A stretch of DNA of 64,000 nt from Candidatus Palauibacter sp. (GTDB taxonomy: Bacteria; Gemmatimonadota; Gemmatimonadetes; Palauibacterales; Palauibacteraceae): the NCBI RefSeq assembly GCF_965221685.1, contig NZ_OZ244907.1; one strand, given 5' to 3'. The notes beneath the pieces are model-generated. The model made no database searches. It worked only from the letters and a program-made list of their open reading frames with translations, and was not told the DNA's origin. Position 1 is the first letter of the stretch; every line of letters begins with the position of its first letter. This document shows positions 1 through 13,896 of this stretch, piece after piece. Made by a program: the position numbers and the translations under genes.

Positions 1-104
1 GAAAGGGTCGAGGCCCCGGCGAGCATCGCCGCGGCCAGGAAGGTCCCGGCCAGGAAGGTCCCGGCCGCGAAGATCCGTCGCCGGCTTGATCCTGAATATC
101 GCAT
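1..104 (-). CDS. N-terminal fragment of an exported protein with a twin-arginine (Tat) signal peptide; the 3' end lies beyond the window start
   Basis: ATG at 104..102 with an AGGAA Shine-Dalgarno 6 nt upstream. Translation is MRYSGSSRRRIFAAGTFLAGTFLAAAMLAGAS, an S-R-R-x-F-like Tat motif followed by a hydrophobic h-region. Not in the ORF track because it is truncated by the window edge. Confidence 0.45.
   Translation of the reverse strand, partial: MRYSGSSRRRIFAAGTFLAGTFLAAAMLAGASTL
33..62. repeat. Perfect 15-bp direct tandem duplication (ggccaggaaggtccc x2) inside the Tat signal coding region
   Basis: Positions 33-47 and 48-62 are identical. In frame, they encode GTFLA-GTFLA on the minus strand. 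Confidence 0.8.
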
Positions 105-212
105 GATCGTTCCTGCTCTCATATATCGTTGGCTGCGGCTTCCCACTGGGAGGCAGCGGGAATGCCCATCTGTTGATTAGAAAATATGCGATACCTGGCA
201 GGAGGGGGCCAG

Positions 213-2053
213 CTAGAGCCCCTTGAGCACTGCGGCGGCGCGATCAACCTCGTTTCCGGGCGTGCTGACGAGCGCGCCCGCCACATGAGGCCGGATCGCA
301 TCCAGCACCTCGCGAACCACGTCGACGCCCTCCTGCGCGGCCGCCTCGGCCCCGCGCTCCCGGGCCCGCGTCATTCGCTCCAGCACCTCGGGCGGCACAT
401 CGACTCCAGGCACCTCGTGCGCCAGGAACTCCGCGTTCTCCAGCGATAGCGGGGGCCAGAGCCCCACGAGGAGCGGCACCCCGAAGCCCTCGATCTCGCG
501 TACGAATGCGAGGAACTTCTCCGGGTCGAAGATGGGCTGCGTGACGGCGAAGTCCGCGCCCGCCTCGGCCTTCCAGGCGAAGCGGCGGACCTCTTCCTCC
601 CGGTCGACGGCGCCGGGATTCACGGCGACGCCCTTCACGAACGAGGTCGGGGCGCCGATCGAACTCCCCCCCGGATCGAGGCCGAGGTTGAGCTGCCGGA
701 CGATGTTCGTGAGTCCGATGCTGTCGATGTCGTACACGCCGCCCGTGTCGTAGGGGCCGCCGCGCGGGGGGTCGCCGGTGATGAGAAAGACGTTGCGGAG
801 GCCCGCCGCGGCAGCGCCGAGGAGGTCGCTCAGCATGCCGAGCATGTTGCGGTCGCGGCAGCTGTAGTGCGGGACGGCCTCCATGCCGAGTTCGCGCTCG
901 ATGACGATCGCGGCGGGGAGCGAGGCGATGCGGCTCCGGTGCGCCGGGCCATCGACGATGTGGACGGCGTGCACGCCGGCGTCGCGAAGCCGGGCGGCTC
1001 CCGCCACCAGTTCGCCCGGGTCCCACCCGTGCGGCGGCGTCAACTCCACCGCCCCGACGAACTCGCCGCGCGCGAGACGGCGTCCGAGTGCGGAGCGGTC
1101 CACGAGCGGCGGCGGCTCCGCCGCTCCGCGATCCCCCGCGTCGCTCGGGGAGGGGACGGCCACGCGAGCCGGCCCGGGGCCGTTCGTCCCGAGCAGCGTC
1201 GCCGTCAGGCGGGTGTGTTCGGGCGATGTGCCGCAGCACCCTCCCACGAAGCGGGCGCCCGTCTCCACCATGCGCCGGGCGTAGCGGGCCATGTATTCCG
1301 GACTCGCGAGGTAGATCTTCCGGTCCCCGATGTCGCGTGGCAGCCCCGCGTTGGGCGACGCCGACACCGGCCGCGACGTCGCCGCCACCATCCGCTCCAC
1401 GCCGACCAACATGGAGGAGGGGCCGACCGAACAGTTGAGGCCGATGACGTCCGCCCCGGCCCCTTCCAGCGCCGCCGCTGCGGCTTCGATCGTGGCACCG
1501 TACTCCGTGTGGCCCGCATCTCCGAAGGTCATCTGGGCGAAGGCCGGCACATCCCCGGCGACCTTCCGCACCGCCCGCACGGCCTGTAGCAGTTCGTCGA
1601 GATCGGAGAACGTCTCGAGCATGAAGCCGTTGACGCCGCCTTCCGCGAGCCCGGCGACCTGTCTCCCGAAGAGGTCGGTCGCCTCGTCCACCGACGTGGG
1701 ACCCCAGGGTTCGATGCGGATGCCGAGCGGCCCGATCGCCCCGAGCACTTCGGCGCGCTCTCCGGCCGCCTGCCGGGCCAGGCGCGCGGCCGCCACGTTG
1801 ATCTCGTGCACGGACGGCTCGAGACCGAACGGTTCGAGTTTGACGGGGTTCGCGCCGAAGGTGTTCGTCTCGATGAGCTGCGCCCCGGCGCGCACATAGT
1901 CGGCGTGGACGCCAAGGACGAGGTCGGGCTCCGAGAGGTTCAGTTCGTCGTAGCACTGGTTCACGAAGACGCCGCTCTCGTAGAGCACCGTCCCCATCGC
2001 GCCATCGATCACGTGGATCGCGCCTCCGTCGATCCACTCCCGCAGCCGACCGC

Positions 2054-2057
<4 letters not shown>
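213..2057 (-). CDS. Bifunctional homocysteine S-methyltransferase domain / 5,10-methylenetetrahydrofolate reductase (MetF-like) fusion
   Basis: The N-terminal half has a Hcy-binding (pterin-binding TIM barrel) signature (IDGAMGT, TNTFGAN). The C-terminal half is MTHFR-like ([10 protein letters not shown] ... ITGDPP ... FAVTQPIFD). The internal ATG at 2057 forms an ATGA overlap with the metH stop. The upstream extension to 2336 in the ORF track is Arg/Pro-rich junk. Confidence 0.8.
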
Positions 2058-5818
<3,761 letters not shown>

Positions 5819-5830
5819 GACGTTCACCCC

Positions 5831-5866
5831 AAAAAAAAGCCCGGCCGCCAAAGAATCGCGCCCGGG
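5831..5866 (-). promoter_or_regulatory. Terminator-like hairpin plus U8 tract in the metH 5' leader (candidate attenuator or riboswitch expression platform)
   Basis: On the minus strand: CCCGGGCGC-(9-nt loop)-GCGGCCGGG, a 9-bp GC stem with one central mismatch. It is followed by C plus eight U (A-run at 5831-5838 on the plus strand), and ends 12 nt before the metH GTG. No upstream gene on this strand exists to be terminated; the next gene upstream (6026..) is divergent. Confidence 0.4.
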
Positions 5867-6025
5867 GCGTGGCTCTTTAGCGATTGTTTTACGTGGCTGC
5901 AATCCGCCTCAAATCACCACGTCCGGATTCCCCCGGCGAACCTGAAACTAGCGCTCTCGCGGCGCCGACGAAACTTGGATCGGACTCCATTAAACGATGT
6001 CGCGGGAAGATGTGTCTGGCCTTAC

Positions 6026-8824
6026 ATGCAAAACTGGCGTCTGGCGAGCCGCGCGGTGCTCCTCTCCGCGGCTCTGGCGATAAACGGGGTGGGGTGGGGG
6101 CTTCACGGGCAGCAGGAGGGGCTCTCACCGCCCGAAGGACCCGAAGCGACCGTCTTCCGGGGAGGCGTGTATCCGGCGGCCGTGGACGCGGTGCGTCGCG
6201 AGGGAGCGCTCTCGATCGACGGCCGACTCGACGATCCGGCCTGGCAGCCGGCCCCCATCATCACCGACTTCGTCCAGGGCGTTCCTCTGGAGGGAGCGGA
6301 ACCGTCCGAGCCCACCGAGGTCCGGGTCGTGTTCGACGACGGCGCGATCTACGTCGCCGCCCGCATGTACGAGAGCGACCCGAGCGTGATCCGGGCGCGT
6401 CTCACCCGTCGGGATGAACGGGGTTCCTTCGATTCCTTCAAGCTCTCCCTCGATCCGAACCGGGACGGGCTGACCGGCTACGAGTTCGAGGTCAGCGCCG
6501 CCGGCGCCGAGACGGACCGGTACCTGTTCGGCGATACCCAGGAAGACGTGAACTGGGACGCGATCTGGGACTCCGCGGTGCAGGTCGACGAGCGGGGGTG
6601 GACGGTGGAGATGCGGATTCCGCTCTCCCAGATCCGCTACGAGGCCCGCCCCGGCATGCAGACGTGGGGCATCAACTTCGAGCGGCGGCGTCTCGAGACG
6701 AACGAGACGGACTATTTCGCTCTGCAGTCGCGCACGGCCCGGGGGCGCGTGAGCCAGTTCGGCACGATCGACGGGCTCCAACTCGCGAGCGCGAGCCGCA
6801 GGTTCGAGGTTCGGCCCTTCGCCGTGTCCCAGTACCACACCGCCCCCGCGACACCGGGGAATCCGCTGTTCGACGGCACGGAGATGGAACCTCGTGGCGG
6901 TCTCGACATGAGCATGGGGATCGGCTCCGCCTTCAGCCTCGATGCGACCATCTACCCCGACTTCGGGCAGGTGGAGGTGGACCCCGAGGTCATCAACCTC
7001 ACGGCGTTCGAGACCTTCTTCCCGGAGAAACGTCCCTTCTTCGTGCGCGACGCGCAGATCTTCACCTTCGCGGGCTCGCGCGGCGGCCGCATGGGCGGCG
7101 GGAAGGCGCTCTTCTTCAGCCGGCGGATCGGGCGGGAGCCGCGGGGATCCGGGCCTTACGAGGCGGACTTCCACGACCAGCCGCACCAGACGTCGATCCT
7201 GGGGGCGGCAAAGCTCACGGGCAGAACCCGGAGCGGCCTCTCGGTAGGCGCCCTGGCGGCGGTCACCGGACAGGAGATGGGGCAGGCGTTTTTCGCCCAG
7301 GATGATTCCCTGGGAAGGTTCGTCGCCGAGCCCCAGGCTGAGCATGCGGTCGTTCGGCTGCAGCAGGACTTTCGCGGGGGCGCGAGCAAGATCGGCGTCA
7401 TCGGGACCGGACTCAAACGGGAACTCCCGGGCGATGAATCGTTCGATTTCCTCCCCTCGGAGGCGTTCAGTTTCGGGCTCGACTTCGAACATCAGTGGGG
7501 CGGGGCCCGCGGTCGAGATTTTCGCCTGTGGGGCTTCTATTCGGGCAGTCTCGTCCAGGGTTCGAGCGAGGCGCTCACGCGGCTTCAGCGGAATCCGACC
7601 CACTACTTCCAGCGCCCCGACGCGACGTACCTGGCGGTCGACTCCACCGCCACGTCCATGTTCGGGAGCGACTGGCGGGTACAGCTCGAGAAGGAGGGCG
7701 AGCACTGGACCTGGGGTACTTGGGCAGGCCAGCAGACACCCGGCTTCGAGGTCAACGACTTCGGTTTCCTCACCACCGGCGAGCGGCTCGATGTGGGAGC
7801 CCGCATCGGATACCGGGAGATCAGGCCGGGCAACCTGTTCCGCAACTACAACATAAGCCTCTTCACCTACCACAACTTCCGCCATTCGCTGCTGGAGAAG
7901 ACGTGGGGCCCGGACCACTTCCAGCGATCCTACGACACGGGCGCGGCGTGGATGAGCGGGAGGTTCACCTTCCTGAACAACTGGGCCTTCAACCTCAACT
8001 TCTCGTATTCGCCCGAGTCCCAGTCGGACACGCAGACCCGCGGCGGTCCGCTCATGGCCGAACCGGCGGAGTTCAACGTGCGCGTGGACGCGAACACGGA
8101 CCGGAGCCGGTCGTTCCACGTGTCCCCGCGTTTCTCGTACCGCGTGGCGGCGCACGGCCGGGGACACGATTTCAATACGGGCCTGAACATCTCCTACCGG
8201 CCGCTTCCGAACTGGCGGTTTTCGCTGAGCCCGAACTACACGGACAGGCGGGATGCGGCGCAGTACGTGACGCGGACGAGCACCCTCGACTACCTGCCGA
8301 CCTACGGGACGCGATACCTGTTCGGAGACCTCCAGCGGACGGGCTTCTCGATGGAAACCCGGCTGAACGTGTCCTTCACGCCCGACATCAGCCTCCAGCT
8401 CTATGCGCAGCCGCTCCTCACCGCGGGTGACTATCTCGGCTATCGACAGCTGGAGGCTCCCGGATCGTTCGACTTCGTCGAATACGCCGAGGGGCGGGCC
8501 TACCGCTTCAACGGCGTCGTCACCGGCTGCACGGACGGGACGACATGCGCCTTCGACGGCTCGCGCTACTTCGACTTCGACGGCGACGGCACGCTGGACT
8601 ACTCCACCCGGGACCGCGACTTCAACATCCGTTCGCTGCGGGGCAACGCGGTGTTCCGCTGGGAGTACCGCCCGGGTTCCGAGCTCTTCCTCGTCTGGCA
8701 GCACGCGCGCCGCGAGAGCGTCCTGCTCGGCAATTTCGACCTCAATCGAGACGTGGAGGGGTTGTTCCTCGCGCCGGCCGAGAACGTCTTCATCGTGAAG
8801 GTGAGTCACTACCTCTCCATCTGA
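6026..8824 (+). CDS. DUF5916-family protein with an N-terminal carbohydrate-binding (CBM9-like) domain; probable outer-membrane/secreted
   Basis: ATG 6026 with a hydrophobic signal (MQNWRLASRAVLLSAALAING). N-terminal region is CBM9-like (IDGRLDDPAWQPA ... FGDTQEDVNWDAIWDS). The C-terminal half has amphipathic beta-strand periodicity with aromatic residues. Boundaries confirmed by codon arithmetic against the ORF track. The 2049-aa ORF 2675..8824 is this gene fused to an antisense shadow of metH. Confidence 0.6.
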   Translation: MQNWRLASRAVLLSAALAINGVGWGLHGQQEGLSPPEGPEATVFRGGVYPAAVDAVRREGALSIDGRLDDPAWQPAPIITDFVQGVPLEGAEPSEPTEVRVVFDDGAIYVAARMYESDPSVIRARLTRRDERGSFDSFKLSLDPNRDGLTGYEFEVSAAGAETDRYLFGDTQEDVNWDAIWDSAVQVDERGWTVEMRIPLSQIRYEARPGMQTWGINFERRRLETNETDYFALQSRTARGRVSQFGTIDGLQLASASRRFEVRPFAVSQYHTAPATPGNPLFDGTEMEPRGGLDMSMGIGSAFSLDATIYPDFGQVEVDPEVINLTAFETFFPEKRPFFVRDAQIFTFAGSRGGRMGGGKALFFSRRIGREPRGSGPYEADFHDQPHQTSILGAAKLTGRTRSGLSVGALAAVTGQEMGQAFFAQDDSLGRFVAEPQAEHAVVRLQQDFRGGASKIGVIGTGLKRELPGDESFDFLPSEAFSFGLDFEHQWGGARGRDFRLWGFYSGSLVQGSSEALTRLQRNPTHYFQRPDATYLAVDSTATSMFGSDWRVQLEKEGEHWTWGTWAGQQTPGFEVNDFGFLTTGERLDVGARIGYREIRPGNLFRNYNISLFTYHNFRHSLLEKTWGPDHFQRSYDTGAAWMSGRFTFLNNWAFNLNFSYSPESQSDTQTRGGPLMAEPAEFNVRVDANTDRSRSFHVSPRFSYRVAAHGRGHDFNTGLNISYRPLPNWRFSLSPNYTDRRDAAQYVTRTSTLDYLPTYGTRYLFGDLQRTGFSMETRLNVSFTPDISLQLYAQPLLTAGDYLGYRQLEAPGSFDFVEYAEGRAYRFNGVVTGCTDGTTCAFDGSRYFDFDGDGTLDYSTRDRDFNIRSLRGNAVFRWEYRPGSELFLVWQHARRESVLLGNFDLNRDVEGLFLAPAENVFIVKVSHYLSI

Positions 8825-9000
8825 CCTGCCCCGCCGAGCCCGGATTCTGGCGCGACCCGTGTGGCAACGGCTAACGTCCCGCCAGCTGACCGGGTTTTTC
8901 CGCGGCTGGTGGACCCCGACCGTACGGGGCGCCCGCGCCGACGCCGGATCGGGCCCGGGCGATCGATTGCGGAGCGACCCACCCCACGGAGACGAACGCC

Positions 9001-10157
9001 TTGCCGACGAGTCCTCTGTGCCTGACGGACGTCACGCTGAGGGAGATCGAACTCCCGCTCCGTGAGCGGTTCATCATCTCGTCCGGATGGGTCGAGAACC
9101 GCCGGATCCTTCTCCTCGAACTCCGCGACGAGAGCGGGCCACGGCCTGGTCGGAGTGCGTGTGCGGGGAGGAGCCGAACTACTCCCCCGAGACCGTGGAC
9201 ACGGCGCGGCTGGCGTTGCGGCGATGGCTGCTGCCGCGGGTGCTGGGGCGGGAACTCGAGGGTCCGGAGGCGGTCAGGCCCCTTCTGGACGAGGGCGTTC
9301 AGGGTCACCCGATGGCCAAGGCAGCGATCGAGATGGGCATCTGGGGCCTGAGCGCCGAAGTCGGGGGCGTCTCGCTGTCGGAACTCGTCGGAGGGACCCG
9401 GGACCGGGTGGCGACGGGCATCTCGCTCGGCCTCCAGCCTTCACCGGCCGCGCTCGTCGAGAAGGCGCGGCAGGCGGTCGACCAGGGCTACGGGAAGGTC
9501 AAGCTCAAGATCAGCCCGGAGAAGGACATCGAGTACGTCGCGGCGGTGCGCGAGGCGCTGGGCCCCGACCGTGAACTCGCCGTCGACGCGAACGCCGCGT
9601 ACACGCTGGACGACACGGACCGCCTGGCGGAACTCGACGCGTTCGGCCTGATCATGATCGAGCAGCCGCTGGCGGCCGGCGACCTCGTGCGCCATGCCCG
9701 TCTCCAGGAGCGGCTCGCCACCCCCGTCTGCCTCGACGAGTCGATCGTGGACCCGGCGTCGTGCGAGGACATGCTGGCGCTCGGCAGCGGGCGGATCGTG
9801 AACATCAAGCCGGGCCGCGTCGGCGGGTTCCGGAACTCCCGGGAGATCCACGACATCTCGGCACGGGCCGGGGTTCCGGTCTGGTGCGGGGGGATGCTCG
9901 AGAGCGGGATCGGGCGCGCCTACAACGTCGCGCTGGCTTCGATGCCCAACTTCCGGCTTCCGGGCGATCTGTCGCCGAGCGCCCGCTACTGGGAACGCGA
10001 CATCGTCACCCCGGAGTGGACGATGAGCGCGGATGGCTTCGTGACCGTGCCGCGCGACCGGCCCGGGATCGGCGTCGAGGTGGACATGAAACGCGTGGAA
10101 GCGCTGACGCGACGGAGCGAGACGATCGCCGCCACCGGCGTCCGCGTTCCGGCGTGA
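9001..10157 (+). pseudogene. Enolase-superfamily o-succinylbenzoate synthase / N-succinylamino-acid racemase-like gene interrupted by an apparent 1-nt frameshift (or sequencing error) near 9136-9140
   Basis: N-terminal 46 aa lie in frame 1 (…DVTLREIELPLRERFIISSGWVENRRILLLELRDESG). The rest lies in frame 0 (ATAWSECVCGEEPNYSPETV ... KVKLKISP ... DANAAYT ... MIEQPL ... D-x-S ... NIKPGRVGG), a typical MR/MLE/OSBS metal-binding core. The junction is in a GCGGGCC run. Start codon uncertain (TTG 9001). Confidence 0.55.
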
Positions 10158-10966
10158 TGGAGTTTCGCGCGCTCGAGACGCTCGATGAGTGGCGTGCGTG
10201 CGTGCGGCTCCAGGAGACGACGTGGGGGGAGGGCTTCTCCGACATCGTTCCCGCCTCCGTCCTCCAGGTCTCGCAGAAGATCGGCGGCTTTGCGGGCGGG
10301 GCGTTCGAGGACGGACGCATGATCGGCTTCGTCTATTCCCTGCTTGGGCGGTTCGAAGGTGTCGCCTCTCACTGGTCGCACATGCTGGCCGTCGAGCCGT
10401 CCGCGCGCGGGCGGGGCCTGGGCCGCGACCTGAAGCTCTTTCAGCGGGAGTCTGTCCGGTCCGGCGGCATCCGCACCATCTTCTGGACGTACGACCCAAT
10501 GGTCGCGCGCAACGCACACTTGAACCTGAACCGGCTCGGCGCGACGGTGCTTCGCTACGCGCCGAACATGTACGGCGCCGATACGGGGAGCCCCTTGCAC
10601 GCGGGGGGGGAAACCGACCGGTTCATCGTGCGCTGGGATCTTGAGGGCCCGGAGACGCGCCGGGCCCTCGACGACGGATCCCGGCGGTCGGCCCGGCGGC
10701 TCCACGTGCCGCTTCCGGATCCGGCCTGCGTCGTGCCCCGGCCGGGAGAAGGCGGCGCGGCGGATGTCGGACTGCCCGGCGGCGACGAGGTCTTCGTCGA
10801 GGTTCCGGCGGATGTCGAATCGCTGCCACCCGACGGGTCGCTCGTGCGGTGGCGCGAAACGGTGCGGGACGCGTTCCTGGCCTATCTCAGGAGGGGCTAT
10901 GCGGTGGAGAGCCTTGTCAGAAATCCCTCGGCGGACCGGTGTTTCTATGTCCTGCGCCGCAGTTGA
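10157..10966 (+). CDS. Hypothetical protein, possibly a GNAT-like acyltransferase, translationally coupled to the OSBS/NSAR-like gene
   Basis: ATG 10157 overlaps the upstream TGA (TGATG). Mixed alpha/beta protein with a central motif SHWSHMLAVEPSARGRGLGRDLK. The GNAT assignment is by weak motif resemblance only. Confidence 0.4.
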   Translation: MEFRALETLDEWRACVRLQETTWGEGFSDIVPASVLQVSQKIGGFAGGAFEDGRMIGFVYSLLGRFEGVASHWSHMLAVEPSARGRGLGRDLKLFQRESVRSGGIRTIFWTYDPMVARNAHLNLNRLGATVLRYAPNMYGADTGSPLHAGGETDRFIVRWDLEGPETRRALDDGSRRSARRLHVPLPDPACVVPRPGEGGAADVGLPGGDEVFVEVPADVESLPPDGSLVRWRETVRDAFLAYLRRGYAVESLVRNPSADRCFYVLRRS

Positions 10967-11003
10967 TCACGTGAACCCGCCGGTCGCGACGGCCCGCGGC
11001 CGG

Positions 11004-13097
11004 ATGTGGACGGCCGGCATCCTGGGGCTCCTCGCTCCTCTCGTTCCGTCCGCTGCTTCGGCCCAGAGCCCGTATTCCGTCGAGGACATCCTCTCCGCGC
11101 CCTTCGCCACGGATCTCACCGCCGCACCCGTCGGGGCCGCTTTCGCCTGGGTCCGGTACGACCGGGGCGTCCGCAACCTCTGGGTCGCCGAGGGCCCGGA
11201 GTACGTGGGTCGCCGGCTCACGGACTGGACCGAGGACGACGGTCAGGATCTGTCCCAGCTCCGGTTCACGCCCGACGGGCGTCAGCTCATCTTCGTGCGC
11301 GGAGGCGGGCCGAACCGGTCCGGTGAGATCCCGAACCCGCGCTCCGATCCCGAACCGGCGACTCAGATGGTGTGGGTGGCGGGGCTCGACGGAACCTCGC
11401 GGCCGCTCGCCGAAGGGAGTGCTCCGGCGATCGCGCCGGACGGACGCACGCTCGCGTTCGTCAACCGCGGCCAGATCTTCACGCTCACGCTCGATGGCTC
11501 GGCGCCGCCCGGCCCACTCCTTCGCATCCGCGGGAGCGCGAGTTCGCTGGCCTGGTCCCCCGACGGCGGCCGGCTGGCCTTCGTCAGCAACCGCGGAGAT
11601 CATGCGTTCGTCGGCATCTTTTCGCTGGACGACCGGTCGGTCCGCTACCTGGATCCGAGCCTGGATCGCGACGGCAGCCCCACGTGGGCGCCGGACGGCT
11701 CGGCCATCGCGTTCATCCGCGTCCCGAACGAGGGGGCGCAGCTGCCCTTCTCGCCGCTCCGCAGCGCCTTGCCCTGGTCGATCCGGATGGCGGATCCCGC
11801 CACGGGCGAGGCACGCGCGGTGTGGAAGGCTCCGCCCGGGCGAGGGAGCGCCTTTCAGGCCATGACCGGCCCCTCCCTGATCTGGCTCGCCTCCGACCGG
11901 CTCGTCTTCCCCTGGGAACGGGAGGGCTGGCACCAGCTCTACTCCGTGCCGGTCGCAGGCGGCGAGGCGACGCACCTCACGCCGGGCGAGTTCGAGGTCG
12001 AATCCGTGCTCCCTTCGCCGGACGGAGAGTCCGTCTACTACGCCTCCAACGCGGGCGACATCGACCGCCGCCACGTGTGGCGGGTGACCGCCGAAGGTCC
12101 GCCTGAAGCGCTGACATCGGGAGACGGCATCGAGTGGAACCCCGCCGTCACGCCCGACGGCGTCCTCGCGTTCCTCGCCGCCGACGGCCGGACCCCGGCC
12201 CACGCCGAGGTGGCTGCGGGCGGAGCGCGGCGTCCCTTCGTCGACGGATTCATGCCGGATGCCTTCCCCTTCGAGAGCCTCGTGGAGCCACGGCAGGTGA
12301 CCTTCGAGTCCGAGGACGGAATTCTGATCCACGGACAACTCTTTCTCCCGCCCGTGTCGGTGGAGGGCGGGCGGCACCCGGCCGCGATCTTCTTTCACGG
12401 CGGGTCGAGGCGGCAGATGCTCCTCGGCTGGCACTACATGCGCTACTACCACAACGCGTACGCGCTGAACCAGTACCTGGCGAGCCGGGGCTACGTCGTC
12501 CTCTCGGTGAACTATCGCAGCGGCACCGGCTACGGGCTCGAGTTCAGGGAGGCGCTGAATTACGGCGCCCGCGGTGCGAGTGAATACCGCGACGTCGTCG
12601 CGGCGGCACGCTTCCTCGGGGAACGGGATGATGTGGACGCGACGCGGGTCGGGCTCTGGGGCGGCTCCTACGGCGGCTACCTCACGGCCCTCGGCCTCGC
12701 GCGGAACTCCGATCTCTTCGCCGCCGGCGTCGACATCCACGGCGTGCACGACTGGAACATGGTCATCCGCAACTTCGTGCCGTCCTACCAGCCGGAGACG
12801 CGCGAGGCCTTCGCCCGGCTCGCGTTCGAATCCTCGCCGATGGCGTGGATCGACGGCTGGCGCTCCCCCGTGCTTCTCATCCACGGCGACGACGACCGCA
12901 ACGTGCCGTTCTCGGAATCCGTCGACCTCATCGAGTCGCTGCGGAGGCGCGGCGTCGAGGTCGAGCAACTCGTCTTCCCGGACGAGGTCCACGGCTTCCT
13001 CCTGCACCGGAACTGGGTCACCGCCTTCGAGCGATCCGCCGAATTCATGGATGCACACCTGCAGGAGACCCCGGCCACGGGAGGCGCGAAACCGTGA
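11004..13097 (+). CDS. S9-family serine peptidase (prolyl oligopeptidase / acylaminoacyl-peptidase type) with N-terminal beta-propeller; secreted
   Basis: Signal peptide MWTAGILGLLAPLVPSAASAQ. TolB/WD40-like repeats (RFTPDGRQLIF, SLAWSPDGGRLAF, SPTWAPDGSAIAF). C-terminal alpha/beta hydrolase with GGSYGGY nucleophile elbow plus the Asp/His region. Confidence 0.8.
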   Translation: MWTAGILGLLAPLVPSAASAQSPYSVEDILSAPFATDLTAAPVGAAFAWVRYDRGVRNLWVAEGPEYVGRRLTDWTEDDGQDLSQLRFTPDGRQLIFVRGGGPNRSGEIPNPRSDPEPATQMVWVAGLDGTSRPLAEGSAPAIAPDGRTLAFVNRGQIFTLTLDGSAPPGPLLRIRGSASSLAWSPDGGRLAFVSNRGDHAFVGIFSLDDRSVRYLDPSLDRDGSPTWAPDGSAIAFIRVPNEGAQLPFSPLRSALPWSIRMADPATGEARAVWKAPPGRGSAFQAMTGPSLIWLASDRLVFPWEREGWHQLYSVPVAGGEATHLTPGEFEVESVLPSPDGESVYYASNAGDIDRRHVWRVTAEGPPEALTSGDGIEWNPAVTPDGVLAFLAADGRTPAHAEVAAGGARRPFVDGFMPDAFPFESLVEPRQVTFESEDGILIHGQLFLPPVSVEGGRHPAAIFFHGGSRRQMLLGWHYMRYYHNAYALNQYLASRGYVVLSVNYRSGTGYGLEFREALNYGARGASEYRDVVAAARFLGERDDVDATRVGLWGGSYGGYLTALGLARNSDLFAAGVDIHGVHDWNMVIRNFVPSYQPETREAFARLAFESSPMAWIDGWRSPVLLIHGDDDRNVPFSESVDLIESLRRRGVEVEQLVFPDEVHGFLLHRNWVTAFERSAEFMDAHLQETPATGGAKP

Positions 13098-13873
13098 CCG
13101 CCCGCGCCGCGGGACAGCTTGCGCTCGTCACGGGAGCGAGTTCGGGAATCGGCGAGGCCATCGCCCGCCGCCTCGCCGATGACGGCGCCAACCTCGTGCT
13201 CTGGGCTCGCAGGGCGGAGCGACTCACTCGCCTCGCGGAGGCGATCACGGCGCAGAGCGGGGTCACCGTGGACATCGGCGTCGTCGATATCCGCGACCGC
13301 GACGCGGTGCGGGAGGAGGCGGAGCGGCTCGGCGCCGCACGCGGCGTCCCCGACATCCTTGTCAACAACGCGGGCCTCGCCGGCGGCATGGCGCTCGTCC
13401 ACGACGCCGATGTCGACGACTGGGACCGGATGATCGACACGAACGTGAAGGGACTGCTCTACGTGACGCGCGCATTCCTCCCCGCCATGGTCGAGCGCGA
13501 TTCGGGTCAGGTCGTCAACATCGGCAGTATCACCGGTCGACAGGTCTATCCCGGCGGGAGCGTGTACGCCGCCACGAAGTACGCGGTGCAGGCGATCACG
13601 GAGGGGACGAACCTCGATGTCCTCGGCACCGGCGTCCGCGTGTCGGGCATCCATCCGGGTCTCGTCGAAACGGAGTTCGCGCTCGTGCGCTTCAAGGGCG
13701 ACGAGGATCGCGCGCGAGCCACCTACGAGGGGGTGAAGCCCCTCAGCGGGGCGGACGTCGCCGAGGTCGTGTCCTACGTCGTGAACGCCCCGCCCCACAT
13801 CAACCTGGCCGACGTCGTCGTGTTCGGGCCAAGCCAGGGGAGCGTACACCACTTCCACCGCGACGGGGGCTGA
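13094..13873 (+). CDS. SDR-family short-chain dehydrogenase/reductase
   Basis: TGASSGIGEA Rossmann motif, NNAG, and the catalytic S...YxxxK (SVYAATKYAV). GTG 13094 forms a GTGA overlap with the peptidase stop. Confidence 0.85.
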   Translation: MTARAAGQLALVTGASSGIGEAIARRLADDGANLVLWARRAERLTRLAEAITAQSGVTVDIGVVDIRDRDAVREEAERLGAARGVPDILVNNAGLAGGMALVHDADVDDWDRMIDTNVKGLLYVTRAFLPAMVERDSGQVVNIGSITGRQVYPGGSVYAATKYAVQAITEGTNLDVLGTGVRVSGIHPGLVETEFALVRFKGDEDRARATYEGVKPLSGADVAEVVSYVVNAPPHINLADVVVFGPSQGSVHHFHRDGG

Positions 13874-13896
13874 ACCTCCACCCCTCTTGCATCGTT

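Noticed and set aside
119-301. 60-aa minus-strand ORF
   Set aside because: It spans the intergenic/promoter region and the tail of the MTHFR-fusion gene. It has no SD and no features. The Tat-protein start at 104 is better supported.
5867-6025. SAM-I aptamer in the metH leader
   Set aside because: No AUCAAGAG / GGAGGGA / GGUGCUAA cores. Only the terminator-like hairpin is reported.
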